Positions 1 through 8,906 are shown, numbered from the whole stretch's first letter. The stretch is DNA of 63,829 nt, filler included, from 10 parts of 10 records of this genome joined end to end with filler, not necessarily neighbours in it, one strand, 5' to 3'. Translations and numbers: made by a program. Notes: a model not told the origin generated them from the sequence alone.

Positions 1-30
1 TGTAGGGGACGGTCGCGACCGTCCCCTACA
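1..30. repeat. GTAG-type REP-like perfect palindrome
   Basis: tgtaggggacggtcg|cgaccgtcccctaca is a perfect 30-bp palindrome with GTAG at its foot, at the contig start. Confidence 0.8.
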
Positions 31-46
31 TTACCATAAAATATGA

Positions 47-634
47 TTATAATTTTACAATCATTTCCGGCTTTTCAGATTTATAATCCAATTTCCAGAT
101 ATATGCAGTCGTTTTTTTATCGATCTTTTCTTTTTTATCGGCGTTATGAGACTTGACCTTCATTTTTTTAGGCAGGGTCACGGTTAGTTTCCCTTCGAGT
201 TTTGTGTTGAACTTTTCAACATCTTCCCTTGCCTCTTCCTCTACCTCAAAACCGCTGATCAGTAGTTGTCCTTCATCATCATTTTCAACAGCAAAGAATT
301 TCAGATCTTTGCTTAGAAAAAAGTAATCGGATCCATCGTCCTTGGTAATATTCACTTTTACTTTGATCTTACCTCTTCCAAGATCTTTGACCTTTTCGAA
401 ACCTTCGGTCTCTTTCAGTTCATCAATGATCTCTTGAAGATCCTCAGCGTCCTTATCACCGAATTCACCCTTGATATCCGCTTCCATAGCCGGCGCATAA
501 TTGAATTCACCCTCGTAGTTGAATGTGAATGTTCCATCCTTCTTCACGTCGATCTTCAGATCGTAATTGTCCGGAAAAAAACAGGATGACAGCAATATAG
601 CTGCCAAAGCAAGAACGAGCATGATCTTTTTCAT
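47..634 (-). CDS. hypothetical lipoprotein
   Basis: Start at MKKIMLV; lipobox LLSSC; acidic/lysine-rich mature region. Confidence 0.7.
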   Translation of the reverse strand: MKKIMLVLALAAILLSSCFFPDNYDLKIDVKKDGTFTFNYEGEFNYAPAMEADIKGEFGDKDAEDLQEIIDELKETEGFEKVKDLGRGKIKVKVNITKDDGSDYFFLSKDLKFFAVENDDEGQLLISGFEVEEEAREDVEKFNTKLEGKLTVTLPKKMKVKSHNADKKEKIDKKTTAYIWKLDYKSEKPEMIVKL

Positions 635-652
635 AAAATCCCCAAACTTAGT

Positions 653-680
653 GTGCGGAACAGACATGTCTGTTCCGTAC
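653..680. repeat. REP-like palindrome
   Basis: gtgcggaacagaca|tgtctgttccgtac, 28 bp with one G-T mismatch, intergenic. Confidence 0.7.
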
Positions 681-682
681 GA

Positions 683-1051
683 TTATTTACGGTTTTCAAA
701 TTTATCCAAAACCATTATATCAAACATAAACCCAAATCCTACACCCAATGCGGACATCATGATATCTAAAGGATCGTAAGTGCTGCCGAATACTTCAACA
801 CCGTAGGATTGCAGGATCTCCACCGCAAATGCGAAGATCAACACACCCAAGGCACCTACAACACGGGTCATGGGCACGCTCCACACCCTTCGCAGAGCCA
901 ACTGAACCAGTAAATATACGTTAAAGGGTAACAATATATTCATCAAATGGTTCCTTGCAAATTCACCGGATTCCGAATCGATGATGAAGTGCAGGGCGGC
1001 GATGAATAATGAGATGATAACGATGATTATGATTGAGATGCGGTTTTTCAT
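683..1051 (-). CDS. DUF2809/VanZ-like small membrane protein
   Basis: Four hydrophobic segments with the VEILQ...GSTYDPLD motif typical of DUF2809-like proteins. Confidence 0.6.
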   Translation of the reverse strand: MKNRISIIIIVIISLFIAALHFIIDSESGEFARNHLMNILLPFNVYLLVQLALRRVWSVPMTRVVGALGVLIFAFAVEILQSYGVEVFGSTYDPLDIMMSALGVGFGFMFDIMVLDKFENRK

Positions 1052-1052
1052 A

Positions 1053-1718
1053 CTATGGATTCCTAACAATAAAATCTGTTACAGCGTTGTACATTAACTC
1101 AACTTGCTCTTTTGTATATTCACTATAATCCCCATGAGCAGCCTTATTACGTAAATCAAGCCATGATGTAACAGCTTTCTGATCTAATTTATTATAAACA
1201 TCAGCTTTAAATAATTCTGAATTTAAAAAATCTGCTTTTAACGCAACTTCTTTAAAATCTTTGGTTCTTGTAACAGGAATTTTATTTTTAATACACAACT
1301 GGCGCAAATGTTCTTCAAGAACACTACCTATCATAACAGCAGCAGGATCTTTATAACCTTCATTTAGTAAATATTCAGCCATTTCAAGAAAATCAGTAAA
1401 TATTTCAGCAGAAATAATATCTCTTAAATTAAATAGCCATCCATTATCAATCTCTTGTTTCATTGCTTTAAGAATACCTTTACCCTGTTTTGTATCATAT
1501 GGATGAGCATCTTTAACATCATTATTAAATTCAATATAATATGGATGATCAACACCATAAATCATTTTAATAAAAGATAATGAACCAGCTTTAAACTCAT
1601 TAAAACTCTCCTCTGAAACATATCTTTGACCATGCGTAGATTGATGTGTAGTTTTAATTACACTATTTGCTAGTTCTATAAGATATTCAATTCTTTCAGT
1701 TATTTTTTTAATTTGCAT
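1053..1718 (-). CDS. HEPN-motif (DUF4145-like) protein
   Basis: C-terminal LRNKAAHG matches the R-x4-H HEPN signature, preceded by GSVLEEHLR; visibly lower GC than its neighbours. Confidence 0.65.
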   Translation of the reverse strand: MQIKKITERIEYLIELANSVIKTTHQSTHGQRYVSEESFNEFKAGSLSFIKMIYGVDHPYYIEFNNDVKDAHPYDTKQGKGILKAMKQEIDNGWLFNLRDIISAEIFTDFLEMAEYLLNEGYKDPAAVMIGSVLEEHLRQLCIKNKIPVTRTKDFKEVALKADFLNSELFKADVYNKLDQKAVTSWLDLRNKAAHGDYSEYTKEQVELMYNAVTDFIVRNP

Positions 1719-1747
1719 TATTTTCCCTTTTTATTCTTTGTTCCTTT

Positions 1748-1836
1748 GTTTGAGACGTGATGAATAAGCGTCTCTACACTTCACATTTCATGTACACTGT
1801 GACATGAATAGATCCTTCACTGCGTTCAGGATGACA
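1748..1836. repeat. cluster of REP-like hairpins
   Basis: gagacg...cgtctctac (GTAG foot on the - strand, 1752-1777) and gatccttcactgcgttcaggatgaca (1811-1836). Confidence 0.6.
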
Positions 1837-1862
1837 TGCAAATACCAGTCACTAGTCACCCG

Positions 1863-2354
1863 TCACTCGTTACTATTCGAGAAATGCATCTGAACTATCT
1901 TCCATTCTCCATCGCGCTTTTCCAGCACACCGGTCCAGCGAGCGTTTTCCCAGTTGACGGGCTGGCCTTTCCAGTTGTTGATATCGTCCAGGCCGCAGTA
2001 CCACCAGGCGACCTTGCCATCTTGGGAGAAATTGATGCGCAAGTCCCAGATATCGAAACGCACCGCCTCAAAATTCTCGCTCATCCAAAAGGCTTCGGCT
2101 TCTTTGAATTGCTCAAAACCTCGCACCACATGGTCATTGGGGTGGATCTCGGTATAATTACTGTCATTGGCAATAACGCTGTATAGCAGGTCAAGATCCT
2201 TGTCCTTCGCCCAGCCGATGCTACTGCGTATGGTCTTTTCAACTGCGATGAGTTCTTTTTCTTTGTCGAACATAGAATAATTCCTTGTTATAAGACTGAT
2301 GCCTCCCACAATGAGCAGGATGAAAGCTAGAAAAAGGAGGGTCGTTTTATTCAT
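1863..2354 (-). CDS. NTF2/SnoaL-like domain protein with N-terminal anchor
   Basis: N-terminal TM segment; C-terminal RWTGVLEKRDGEWKIVQMHFS is typical of the SnoaL-like fold. Confidence 0.75.
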   Translation of the reverse strand: MNKTTLLFLAFILLIVGGISLITRNYSMFDKEKELIAVEKTIRSSIGWAKDKDLDLLYSVIANDSNYTEIHPNDHVVRGFEQFKEAEAFWMSENFEAVRFDIWDLRINFSQDGKVAWWYCGLDDINNWKGQPVNWENARWTGVLEKRDGEWKIVQMHFSNSNE

Positions 2355-2448
2355 GGTTGCCTCCATTGTTTAATACATTTGTAGCTTATTTTAAGGGAAA
2401 ACAGCTTAATTCACAAGTGCTTTTAGGATTCTCGATATGCAATCTGTT

Positions 2449-2682
2449 CAACCCCTCTACAAGTTCGGGGTTGATTATTGTGGATAGCAAAACCCGGGAT
2501 TTCATCCCGGGTCATTACTTAGTTATACCCCTCGATAAACTCGGGGTTATAATGCTGGGTACTAGCACAAGGAAATTATGGGTTAATGCGTAAGAAATGA
2601 ATATTTACCATTAAATGTGAATAATGTTTTTAAGCATGAGAATCGCATTTACGAAAAGGTCCTGAAACAAGTTCAGGATGAC
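2449..2682. repeat. intergenic cluster of short inverted repeats
   Basis: Hairpins at 2449-2473, 2492-2512, 2527-2547 and 2660-2682; gttcaggatgac (2671-2682) is identical to 1824-1835. Confidence 0.6.
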
Positions 2683-2786
2683 TATGGATTGGATGTATTT
2701 AATAACAAATAATTCGTATAACTATTCACAAAAACACCATTTACTTCCACTTACTACTTACTACTTACTATTTACTTCTTTGAAAG

Positions 2787-2826
2787 AAAAATCCCGCGCT
2801 ACCCAGGGGACGGGCGCAACGGGATG
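2787..2826 (-). terminator. probable intrinsic terminator after the Cys/His-rich gene
   Basis: On the - strand, atcccg...cgggat forms an imperfect stem followed by ttttctttc. Confidence 0.45.
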
Positions 2827-2854
2827 TTCTAACAGTTAATGTTATAGAAGAGTC

Positions 2855-3262
2855 TTATTTGTGTTTTTTACCGTGTTCTTTATGTTTTTCTTTGCCTTCG
2901 CACTCGCTTTTGCACTCTTTTTTGTTCTCTTCGTGCTTGCATTCGCCATTACACTTATGTTCACCTTCGGCTTTCATGCCCTTGCATTCATGCTCTTTTT
3001 CAGCGTTTTTACACTCACCTTCGGCTTTTTTACATTCACCTTTGCTTTTGTGTTCGCCCTTGCCTTTTTTGCACTCACCTTCATGTTTGGCTTCGTGCTT
3101 TTCTTCACCGCAGGCTCCACAATTATCATGTTGTAGGCGTTCTTCTTTCTGGCATTTTCCGTCTACACCATCATGATTCAGATCAGGTGATGCGGCAAAG
3201 ACCAACATACTGCCCAAAAGCAATACAAGTAAGATCTTGCTGATATGCTTAAAATTGTTCAT
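2855..3262 (-). CDS. secreted Cys/His/Glu/Lys-rich low-complexity protein, putative metal binder
   Basis: Signal peptide ending VFA-A; 11 Cys and 11 His in the mature part; six ECK motifs; GGAG RBS. Confidence 0.7.
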   Translation of the reverse strand: MNNFKHISKILLVLLLGSMLVFAASPDLNHDGVDGKCQKEERLQHDNCGACGEEKHEAKHEGECKKGKGEHKSKGECKKAEGECKNAEKEHECKGMKAEGEHKCNGECKHEENKKECKSECEGKEKHKEHGKKHK

Positions 3263-3332
3263 CCTGTACTCCGTGTTTTGTTAATAAATATCTGACGCAA
3301 ACTTAAATTATAGAATTCCTGGATGAATTCTC

Positions 3333-3363
3333 TTACAGAATTATAAGATAATGTTATATAATT
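3333..3363 (-). promoter_or_regulatory. putative AraC-type tandem half-sites
   Basis: ttacagaatt (3333-3342) and ttatataatt (3354-3363) are direct repeats 21 bp apart, between the AraC gene and the Cys/His-rich gene. Confidence 0.4.
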
Positions 3364-3384
3364 TTTAGATTTAGGGTGTTTTTT

Positions 3385-3951
3385 TTAAATATCAAGCGCG
3401 CGATGATCCGGGCGATTCAGTTTTCTGAACGCAGTGGGCGTCATACCGGTCTCTTTTTTGAACTGGGCAGATAAGTGCGCTACGGAACTGTAATTCAATT
3501 GATGAGCAATTTCGGATAGGGTTAATTCCTTGTAGAACAGCAATTCCTTAACCCGCTCGATCTTTTGCTTTAAAATATATTTTTCGATCGTTAAACCTTC
3601 AACACTGGAGAATAAATGGGAAATATAACTGTACTCCAAATGGAGTTTTCTGGATAAAAAAGTGGAATACAGTTCATCCATCGGTTCTTTATTAAAATGG
3701 ATCTGCTCAATGATCAGAGTTTTGATCTTAGAGATCAAGACGGATTTTGTAGAACTCAAGAGCTCAAAGCCCATTTCCAACAAATCTTTTTCTAAAGCTT
3801 TATGCTGTTCTTCACTGAGGGCTTTTTCAAGAATGACCTCACCCAATTGCACACTTTGGAAATCTATGGATCTGGATTCCAGGATCAACTTGACCGCCAT
3901 AATGCAACGGGGACAAACCATGTTCTTTATATGTAATGTCGGTTTCTTCAT
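3385..3951 (-). CDS. AraC-family regulator with N-terminal HMA-like CxxC domain
   Basis: IKNMVCPRC at the N-terminus; C-terminal AraC HTH (LSEIAHQLNYSSVAHLSAQFKKETGMTP). Confidence 0.9.
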   Translation of the reverse strand: MKKPTLHIKNMVCPRCIMAVKLILESRSIDFQSVQLGEVILEKALSEEQHKALEKDLLEMGFELLSSTKSVLISKIKTLIIEQIHFNKEPMDELYSTFLSRKLHLEYSYISHLFSSVEGLTIEKYILKQKIERVKELLFYKELTLSEIAHQLNYSSVAHLSAQFKKETGMTPTAFRKLNRPDHRALDI

Positions 3952-4050
3952 TGTGTCATTTATATTTCGTTATCTTACCTGAGTTCCCAATTTACAACGC
4001 CTAATATCGACAAATAATAACAGTTCCTACAAACTACCACCTTCTAACTA

Positions 4051-4671
4051 CTACTTTCTATCTTTAGGCGGCCTAAAATCAATGGCACCCTTATCCCTGC
4101 CCCATTTGACAGTACGGTCTTTCTTTTCGATCTTTTCTTTTTTGGGCTTTTCTTTGGGTGCTTTTTTCTCTTCTTTGATCTTTTCTTCGGCTTCTTTTCT
4201 TATGTCAGGCACAAAGAATTTTTCTTCGGGCTTCTCTTCATTTGGTGTGTAGGGATGGCCTCCGGGTTCAGGAATATCACCGTCAACGGGAACAGGACCG
4301 AATTTATTTTCAGCAGGATCGCCATCTTTGATAAGCAGCATTATCAATATGATCCACCCGACAATAGGAATGAAGACATAGAGCAGTTTTGTCCATTCCT
4401 CACCGACATCATGCAAGCGTCGGACGCCAATTGCAAGTCCCGGAACAAGAAGCAATAAGGAATACATATTATTGAAGGTACCATTGGTCATGCCCCAAAA
4501 ACCGGATTCGTGCGTACCCAGAATATTATCGATCAGAATGCTTGCCCATGCAAAAATGATATTGAATAAAACGAACATCCAGTACGCTTTTTTACTTGTT
4601 CTGCCTTTAAAATCAGCATATCGCTTCAATGCTGAAACATAGTACTGTTGAATTGCTTTTTTTATGTCCAT
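4051..4671 (-). CDS. DUF805 membrane protein
   Basis: YADFKGRT..YWMF, VRRLHD and NKFGP motifs; charged C-terminal tail. Confidence 0.85.
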   Translation of the reverse strand: MDIKKAIQQYYVSALKRYADFKGRTSKKAYWMFVLFNIIFAWASILIDNILGTHESGFWGMTNGTFNNMYSLLLLVPGLAIGVRRLHDVGEEWTKLLYVFIPIVGWIILIMLLIKDGDPAENKFGPVPVDGDIPEPGGHPYTPNEEKPEEKFFVPDIRKEAEEKIKEEKKAPKEKPKKEKIEKKDRTVKWGRDKGAIDFRPPKDRK

Positions 4672-4702
4672 TGTGGTCTCCTCATTAGAAAAATAGATCA
4701 TT

Positions 4703-4731
4703 GTTGGTCGGACACATGGATCCGACCCTAC
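4703..4731. repeat. GTAG-type REP-like hairpin
   Basis: - strand reads gtagggtcggatccatgtgtccgaccaac; degenerate heptamer repeats lie next to it (4731-4760). Confidence 0.65.
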
Positions 4732-4748
4732 TCGTTACTCGTTACCGG

Positions 4749-5555
4749 TCACTGGTTACTGATATGTACGTCCATTTGTGGATAAGGTATATTCAATCCT
4801 TCTTTCTCAAACGCAGTATAGACTTTTTCGTTCATGTCAAAAAATACACCCCAATAATCTTCAGTTTTAACCCAGGCGCGTACCACAAAATTCACTGAAG
4901 AGTCAGCCAGTTCTGCCAAGCCGATAAATACCTCCGGATCTTTCAGGATCCGTTCATCTTCATCACATAGTCTTTTTAGAACTTCACGGGTTTTCTTAAT
5001 ATCATCACCATAGCCCACGCCGAAAGTCCAGTCCACACGACGTTCTTTCTGCTCGGAATAGTTAATAAGAGATCCCGTTGACAAACCACCATTAGGAATC
5101 ACAATGATCTTGTTATCGGGAGTTTTCAAGATCGTATTGAATATCTGTATTTCGGAAACAACCCCTGAATAACCCTGAGCTTCAATAAAATCACCAACTC
5201 GAAAAGGTTTAAAAACCAAGATCATGGCACCGCCTGCAAAATTTTGCAGTGTTCCGGATAAAGCCATACCTATGGCCAAACCGGCAGCACCGATCAAGGC
5301 AGTAAAGGACATCATTTCCACTCCGACCATGGTCAATACGGAAATGATCAGCAATACCCTCAGCAAGATGCTTACAATGCCTTTCAAGAAGGGTTCTAAT
5401 GTGGGATCGACCTTGCTTTTTTCCAATCCCTTGGCAACTGCTTTGTTAATGGCTTTAATGACCCAACCACCAACGATCAGGACTGCAATACCACCTAATA
5501 ATTTTGGACCGTAAAGCGCTACAACTTCAAGTACTTTCTTTAAGATGTCTTGCAT
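4749..5555 (-). CDS. mscS: small-conductance mechanosensitive channel
   Basis: Three TM helices, GLAIGMALSGTLQNFAGG, KPFRVGDFIE and C-terminal IPYPQMDVH. Confidence 0.92.
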   Translation of the reverse strand: MQDILKKVLEVVALYGPKLLGGIAVLIVGGWVIKAINKAVAKGLEKSKVDPTLEPFLKGIVSILLRVLLIISVLTMVGVEMMSFTALIGAAGLAIGMALSGTLQNFAGGAMILVFKPFRVGDFIEAQGYSGVVSEIQIFNTILKTPDNKIIVIPNGGLSTGSLINYSEQKERRVDWTFGVGYGDDIKKTREVLKRLCDEDERILKDPEVFIGLAELADSSVNFVVRAWVKTEDYWGVFFDMNEKVYTAFEKEGLNIPYPQMDVHISNQ

Positions 5556-5621
5556 ATTTTTCCCTTTTCTTTTATTTATTGCTGATTGTTCAATAATAGG
5601 GATTTATGGTGCTATTGTCAA

Positions 5622-5649
5622 GCACTGGGCACTGGGCACTGGGCACTGG
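5622..5649. repeat. heptamer tandem repeat (GCACTGG)x4
   Basis: Four exact copies running into the contig end. Confidence 0.85.
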
Positions 5650-5749
5650 NNNNNNNNNNNNNNNNNNNNNNNNNNNNNNNNNNNNNNNNNNNNTTAATTA
5701 ATTAANNNNNNNNNNNNNNNNNNNNNNNNNNNNNNNNNNNNNNNNNNNN
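5650..5749. other. artificial contig linker
   Basis: 44 N + TTAATTAATTAA + 44 N. Confidence 0.99.
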
Positions 5750-5915
5750 ATATATTGTATTGTTTATAGTGAAAGCCAGGCGGTGGAAGTGTCGGCGCCA
5801 TGGCGCCTTCGGTTCCAGGGGTGTATCCACCACCCGCTGACAGTGCTGTCGATGCCGTAACCAGTGTAAAGATAACCGCAATTATACTTAAAACCGCATT
5901 TTTACACAGACCCAT
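5750..5915 (-). CDS. SphA/MetA-pathway-type outer-membrane protein, N-terminal fragment
   Basis: Signal peptide followed by GYTPGTEG..APTLPPPGFHYKQY, a typical start for this family; truncated by the linker. Confidence 0.6.
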
Positions 5916-5963
5916 TCTTCTTTCTCCTCTCCCTGTTCATTGTTTATCTCCAGTCCCCTAATC

Positions 5964-6053
5964 GATGGACTCGTAAAAAGTCGAAATCGGCTCTATATTG
6001 TCATCCCGCATAGGCGGGAATGACATGAAATAGAACCTTTTTACGAATCCATC
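5964..6053. mobile_element. MITE-like 90-bp element
   Basis: 17-bp terminal inverted repeats gatggactcgtaaaaag / ctttttacgaatccatc (1 mismatch) around an internal tgtcatcccg...cgggaatgaca hairpin. Confidence 0.65.
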
Positions 6054-6108
6054 CTGCTTTGCAAACACCACATTGGCGCCGATGCACTATGAAGAAAAAT
6101 TCCCTCTA

Positions 6109-6588
6109 TTATTTCCGCATCAAATAAATCATTGCGTATTTTAACGTGCTATGAACTTCGGCAATGGCCATCGGAACTTTTTCCAAAAAGAAGGTGGCGC
6201 CGGCTGCATAGGAACGCTCCATGATTTCCTTGTCCGGTTTGACCGTGTATTGAATCACTGGCAAGACGGGAAAAGCCTTGCGAATGCCTTTGAGGGCGTT
6301 CAAGCTGATATCCACGGCGTTTTGGGATCCACCGGTTGCTTTAGCCTGCTCGTGCCAGTACAAGTCCAGAAGCACCATATCCGGCTTTTCATTTTCGATA
6401 AGGGCCTGCCATTGGTCAATTTCACCGCTTTTCAGAACCTCGAAATCCACCCCTGCGAGTTTGGAGCCGGTCAGCTCTTCCTCAATGGAAGCAACCCAGG
6501 TATCGTCAAAGGCCAGTTGCTCACTGTCATGGGTTTTTCTGAACGCATCACTGAAAATGTCGTCAAAAAATAAAACTTTAATTTTCAT
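6109..6588 (-). CDS. single-domain response regulator (receiver)
   Basis: VLFFDD, PDMVLLD, VIQYT and AGATFFLEK receiver motifs, with an insertion after the acidic pair. Confidence 0.8.
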   Translation of the reverse strand: MKIKVLFFDDIFSDAFRKTHDSEQLAFDDTWVASIEEELTGSKLAGVDFEVLKSGEIDQWQALIENEKPDMVLLDLYWHEQAKATGGSQNAVDISLNALKGIRKAFPVLPVIQYTVKPDKEIMERSYAAGATFFLEKVPMAIAEVHSTLKYAMIYLMRK

Positions 6589-8359
6589 TTTGCACCTCCC
6601 GGTCATTGATGATTGTATAGGGAAAGGTCAAACAAACACGGTATGGATCCGTTTCCCTTTCGAAACCACCCCCCAATTCCTTCATGATGGATCTCATCTG
6701 AGGGGTACCGCGGCCACTGATTGTTTTGTAAGGTAGTCCGTTGTCCTGGAATCGGACCGACAAGCCTTCCTCCTTTTTTACTGACAGACACAGGTCAATT
6801 TTACCGATTGCCAAGCGGTCACGGTTCTGTCTTTCTGCTATGGCCCGCATGCTGTTGACCAGTAAGTTCTCAAAAATTGTCTCCAACTGCTCGTAATTGG
6901 TCCGCACATGGGCATTTTGGGGTACATCTTCAGAATTGTTCAGGTTGATTTCGATGCCGGGCCGGTGGGAACGCTTTTGATTCACCCAGGCACTGAGCCA
7001 TTTTTGCAGATGAATGTTGCGTTGCCGGCACTGTAAAATCTTCCCTTTTTCATGCAGTCCGGACAAAAGGTCGTCAAGGCCGCGCAGGGCCGTAGAGATT
7101 TTGGGTTGTCCTAAAAGTTTGGGGTATTCCTGTATCAAAGCGGTTTTCAACCCACCAAGGCAGTAAAAACCGGGGTTATGAATCGTCAGGCTGATCTGCG
7201 ACAACAGATCTGCCACACGTTCATTGAGCAAAAACGATTTGAGAAGTGCGTTGTATAGGGAGAGAAACGGGCTCATGTGCAGAAATTTGCAGAAGTCGTT
7301 GCGTGAAGAAGCCAGGTGAATGACACCCAGATCCTGGTTCAGCATATGTAGCGGATAGACGACATAGGAACGGATCGTGTCGATGACATCGAGCAAAAAA
7401 TGTTGTTCGATTTGTTTAATATCTTTGTTTGCTTGAATGCGGTCCCGAAACCGTTGAAGACGACGGCTTGTGCCCTTGCCTTCAATCGGATAGGAAATAT
7501 GGGAGTCATCGCACAAAACGGAATCGGAAGAGGGTTTGAACTCAGGAAAATAGATCTCCTTGATCTCTTCGCCACGCCATACAACCATGTAGAGGGCATG
7601 GCTTTCATAGCCGGCGCCACGACGGAAAAAGGCGAAACCGAGATCTGCCGCCGAAAGAGTCCGGTAGGCCGTAACCGCGTCCGTGTAATCCACCTTGGCG
7701 TTGGAAGCAATCAAACGAGACAGATTGTTGAGCTTGTAGTAGGCGGTGTTGAGCGCAATTCGGTTTTTTGTGTCCAGCAGGTAATTGACGATCAGGGGGC
7801 CGTATTGGGACGCAAAATGTTCAAGCGGTGCCTGACTGTTCACAGAAAATGGCGCTTTGTGGCGATAGCGGCTTAGCTCGATCATGCAGAAGATTTCATT
7901 TTTCCGTTTTATGGGAAGGATCAGCGTGCTCGCAACCGGTCGTTTGATCTCCTCCACATAGTGACGGTCCATAAAACGGTAGATTTCTAAAAACGGGTTG
8001 GCAATACCTTCTTTGCTCTCTTCCCAGATATCGTCGACGAGAAGTGTTTTTCCTGTTTTGATAACGTGCCCGGTGAAGCCCTTGCTGGGATTGTAGAGGT
8101 GAAGCTCCATATCCTCTCTCAGCCAGGGCTCGCCGTCTTTGACAATACAGACTTTTTCTACCCTTCCGCCCCGGGGCAAAAGACTGATTTGGCCGATATC
8201 CGCCTCCACACTGTCCATTAAAAGGTTCAGTAATTCATAGGCAATGTGATCCACGGACTGTTCATCCCCTGAAATCGCCATGGCAGGCAATTTCTTGAAA
8301 AACCGTTCCGCCGAAATGGCATGATGCACTGGCGAGATGTCTTCTTTGCGATGAACCAT
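6578..8359 (-). CDS. GAF-domain sensor histidine kinase (atypical)
   Basis: N-terminal GAF (KGFTGHVIKTGKTLLVDD, STLILPI); HATPase N box FENLLVNS, G1 QDNG and short G2 SGRG; overlaps the receiver gene. Confidence 0.7.
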   Translation of the reverse strand: MVHRKEDISPVHHAISAERFFKKLPAMAISGDEQSVDHIAYELLNLLMDSVEADIGQISLLPRGGRVEKVCIVKDGEPWLREDMELHLYNPSKGFTGHVIKTGKTLLVDDIWEESKEGIANPFLEIYRFMDRHYVEEIKRPVASTLILPIKRKNEIFCMIELSRYRHKAPFSVNSQAPLEHFASQYGPLIVNYLLDTKNRIALNTAYYKLNNLSRLIASNAKVDYTDAVTAYRTLSAADLGFAFFRRGAGYESHALYMVVWRGEEIKEIYFPEFKPSSDSVLCDDSHISYPIEGKGTSRRLQRFRDRIQANKDIKQIEQHFLLDVIDTIRSYVVYPLHMLNQDLGVIHLASSRNDFCKFLHMSPFLSLYNALLKSFLLNERVADLLSQISLTIHNPGFYCLGGLKTALIQEYPKLLGQPKISTALRGLDDLLSGLHEKGKILQCRQRNIHLQKWLSAWVNQKRSHRPGIEINLNNSEDVPQNAHVRTNYEQLETIFENLLVNSMRAIAERQNRDRLAIGKIDLCLSVKKEEGLSVRFQDNGLPYKTISGRGTPQMRSIMKELGGGFERETDPYRVCLTFPYTIINDREVQNEN

Positions 8360-8418
8360 GGTTATCGTCTTTCTTTTACCCCATCGGATTTCTCTTGAGC
8401 CTGACCTTCACCAAAGTT

Positions 8419-8904
8419 TCATTTTTTCGCTTTGGTGTAGGCTATCAGGCCGCCAGCATCGATAATGCTGCGCAAAAAATCAGGGTAGGCCGCTGCTGAA
8501 AATTCCATCCCTTTGGTAATGTTACGGATCGTACCGGTTGACAGATCAACTTCTACTTCATCGCCCGGATCTGTGTTGTCCACTGCTTCGGCACACTCCA
8601 AAAGGGGGAGGGCGATGTTAATGGCGTTTCTGAAAAAGATACGGGCAAATGTTTTGGCGACGACACACCCCACACCGGCACCCTTGATCGAGATCGGCGC
8701 CACTTCCCTGGAAGAGCCGCAGCCAAAATTGGTCGTCGCCATGACGATATCCCCGGACTGAACCTGCTTAGAAAAGCTCGGGTCCGCCCCTTCAAGGCAA
8801 TGTTGGCCGAGATCTCCGGGATCGGTCAGATTTGCATAACGGGAGGGGATAATGGCATCGGTATCGATATTTGCGCCGAATTTATAGATTTTTCCTTTTA
8901 TCAT
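8419..8904 (-). CDS. leuD: 3-isopropylmalate dehydratase-like small subunit
   Basis: NIDTDAII, NFGCGSSRE and FARIFFRNAIN motifs; probable start MIKGKIY at 8904. Confidence 0.9.
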   Translation of the reverse strand: MIKGKIYKFGANIDTDAIIPSRYANLTDPGDLGQHCLEGADPSFSKQVQSGDIVMATTNFGCGSSREVAPISIKGAGVGCVVAKTFARIFFRNAINIALPLLECAEAVDNTDPGDEVEVDLSTGTIRNITKGMEFSAAAYPDFLRSIIDAGGLIAYTKAKK

Positions 8905-8906
8905 GG

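Noticed and set aside
1-2366. Same-strand short genes separated by palindromes, resembling an integron cassette array
   Set aside because: The palindromes are only about 28-30 bp, I found no RYYYAAC...GTTRRRY attC boxes around them, and no intI is present. They fit REP elements better.
2859-3176. Plus-strand Cys/Ser/Phe-rich ORFs
   Set aside because: Antisense shadows of the low-complexity gene at 2855-3262, which has the RBS and signal peptide.
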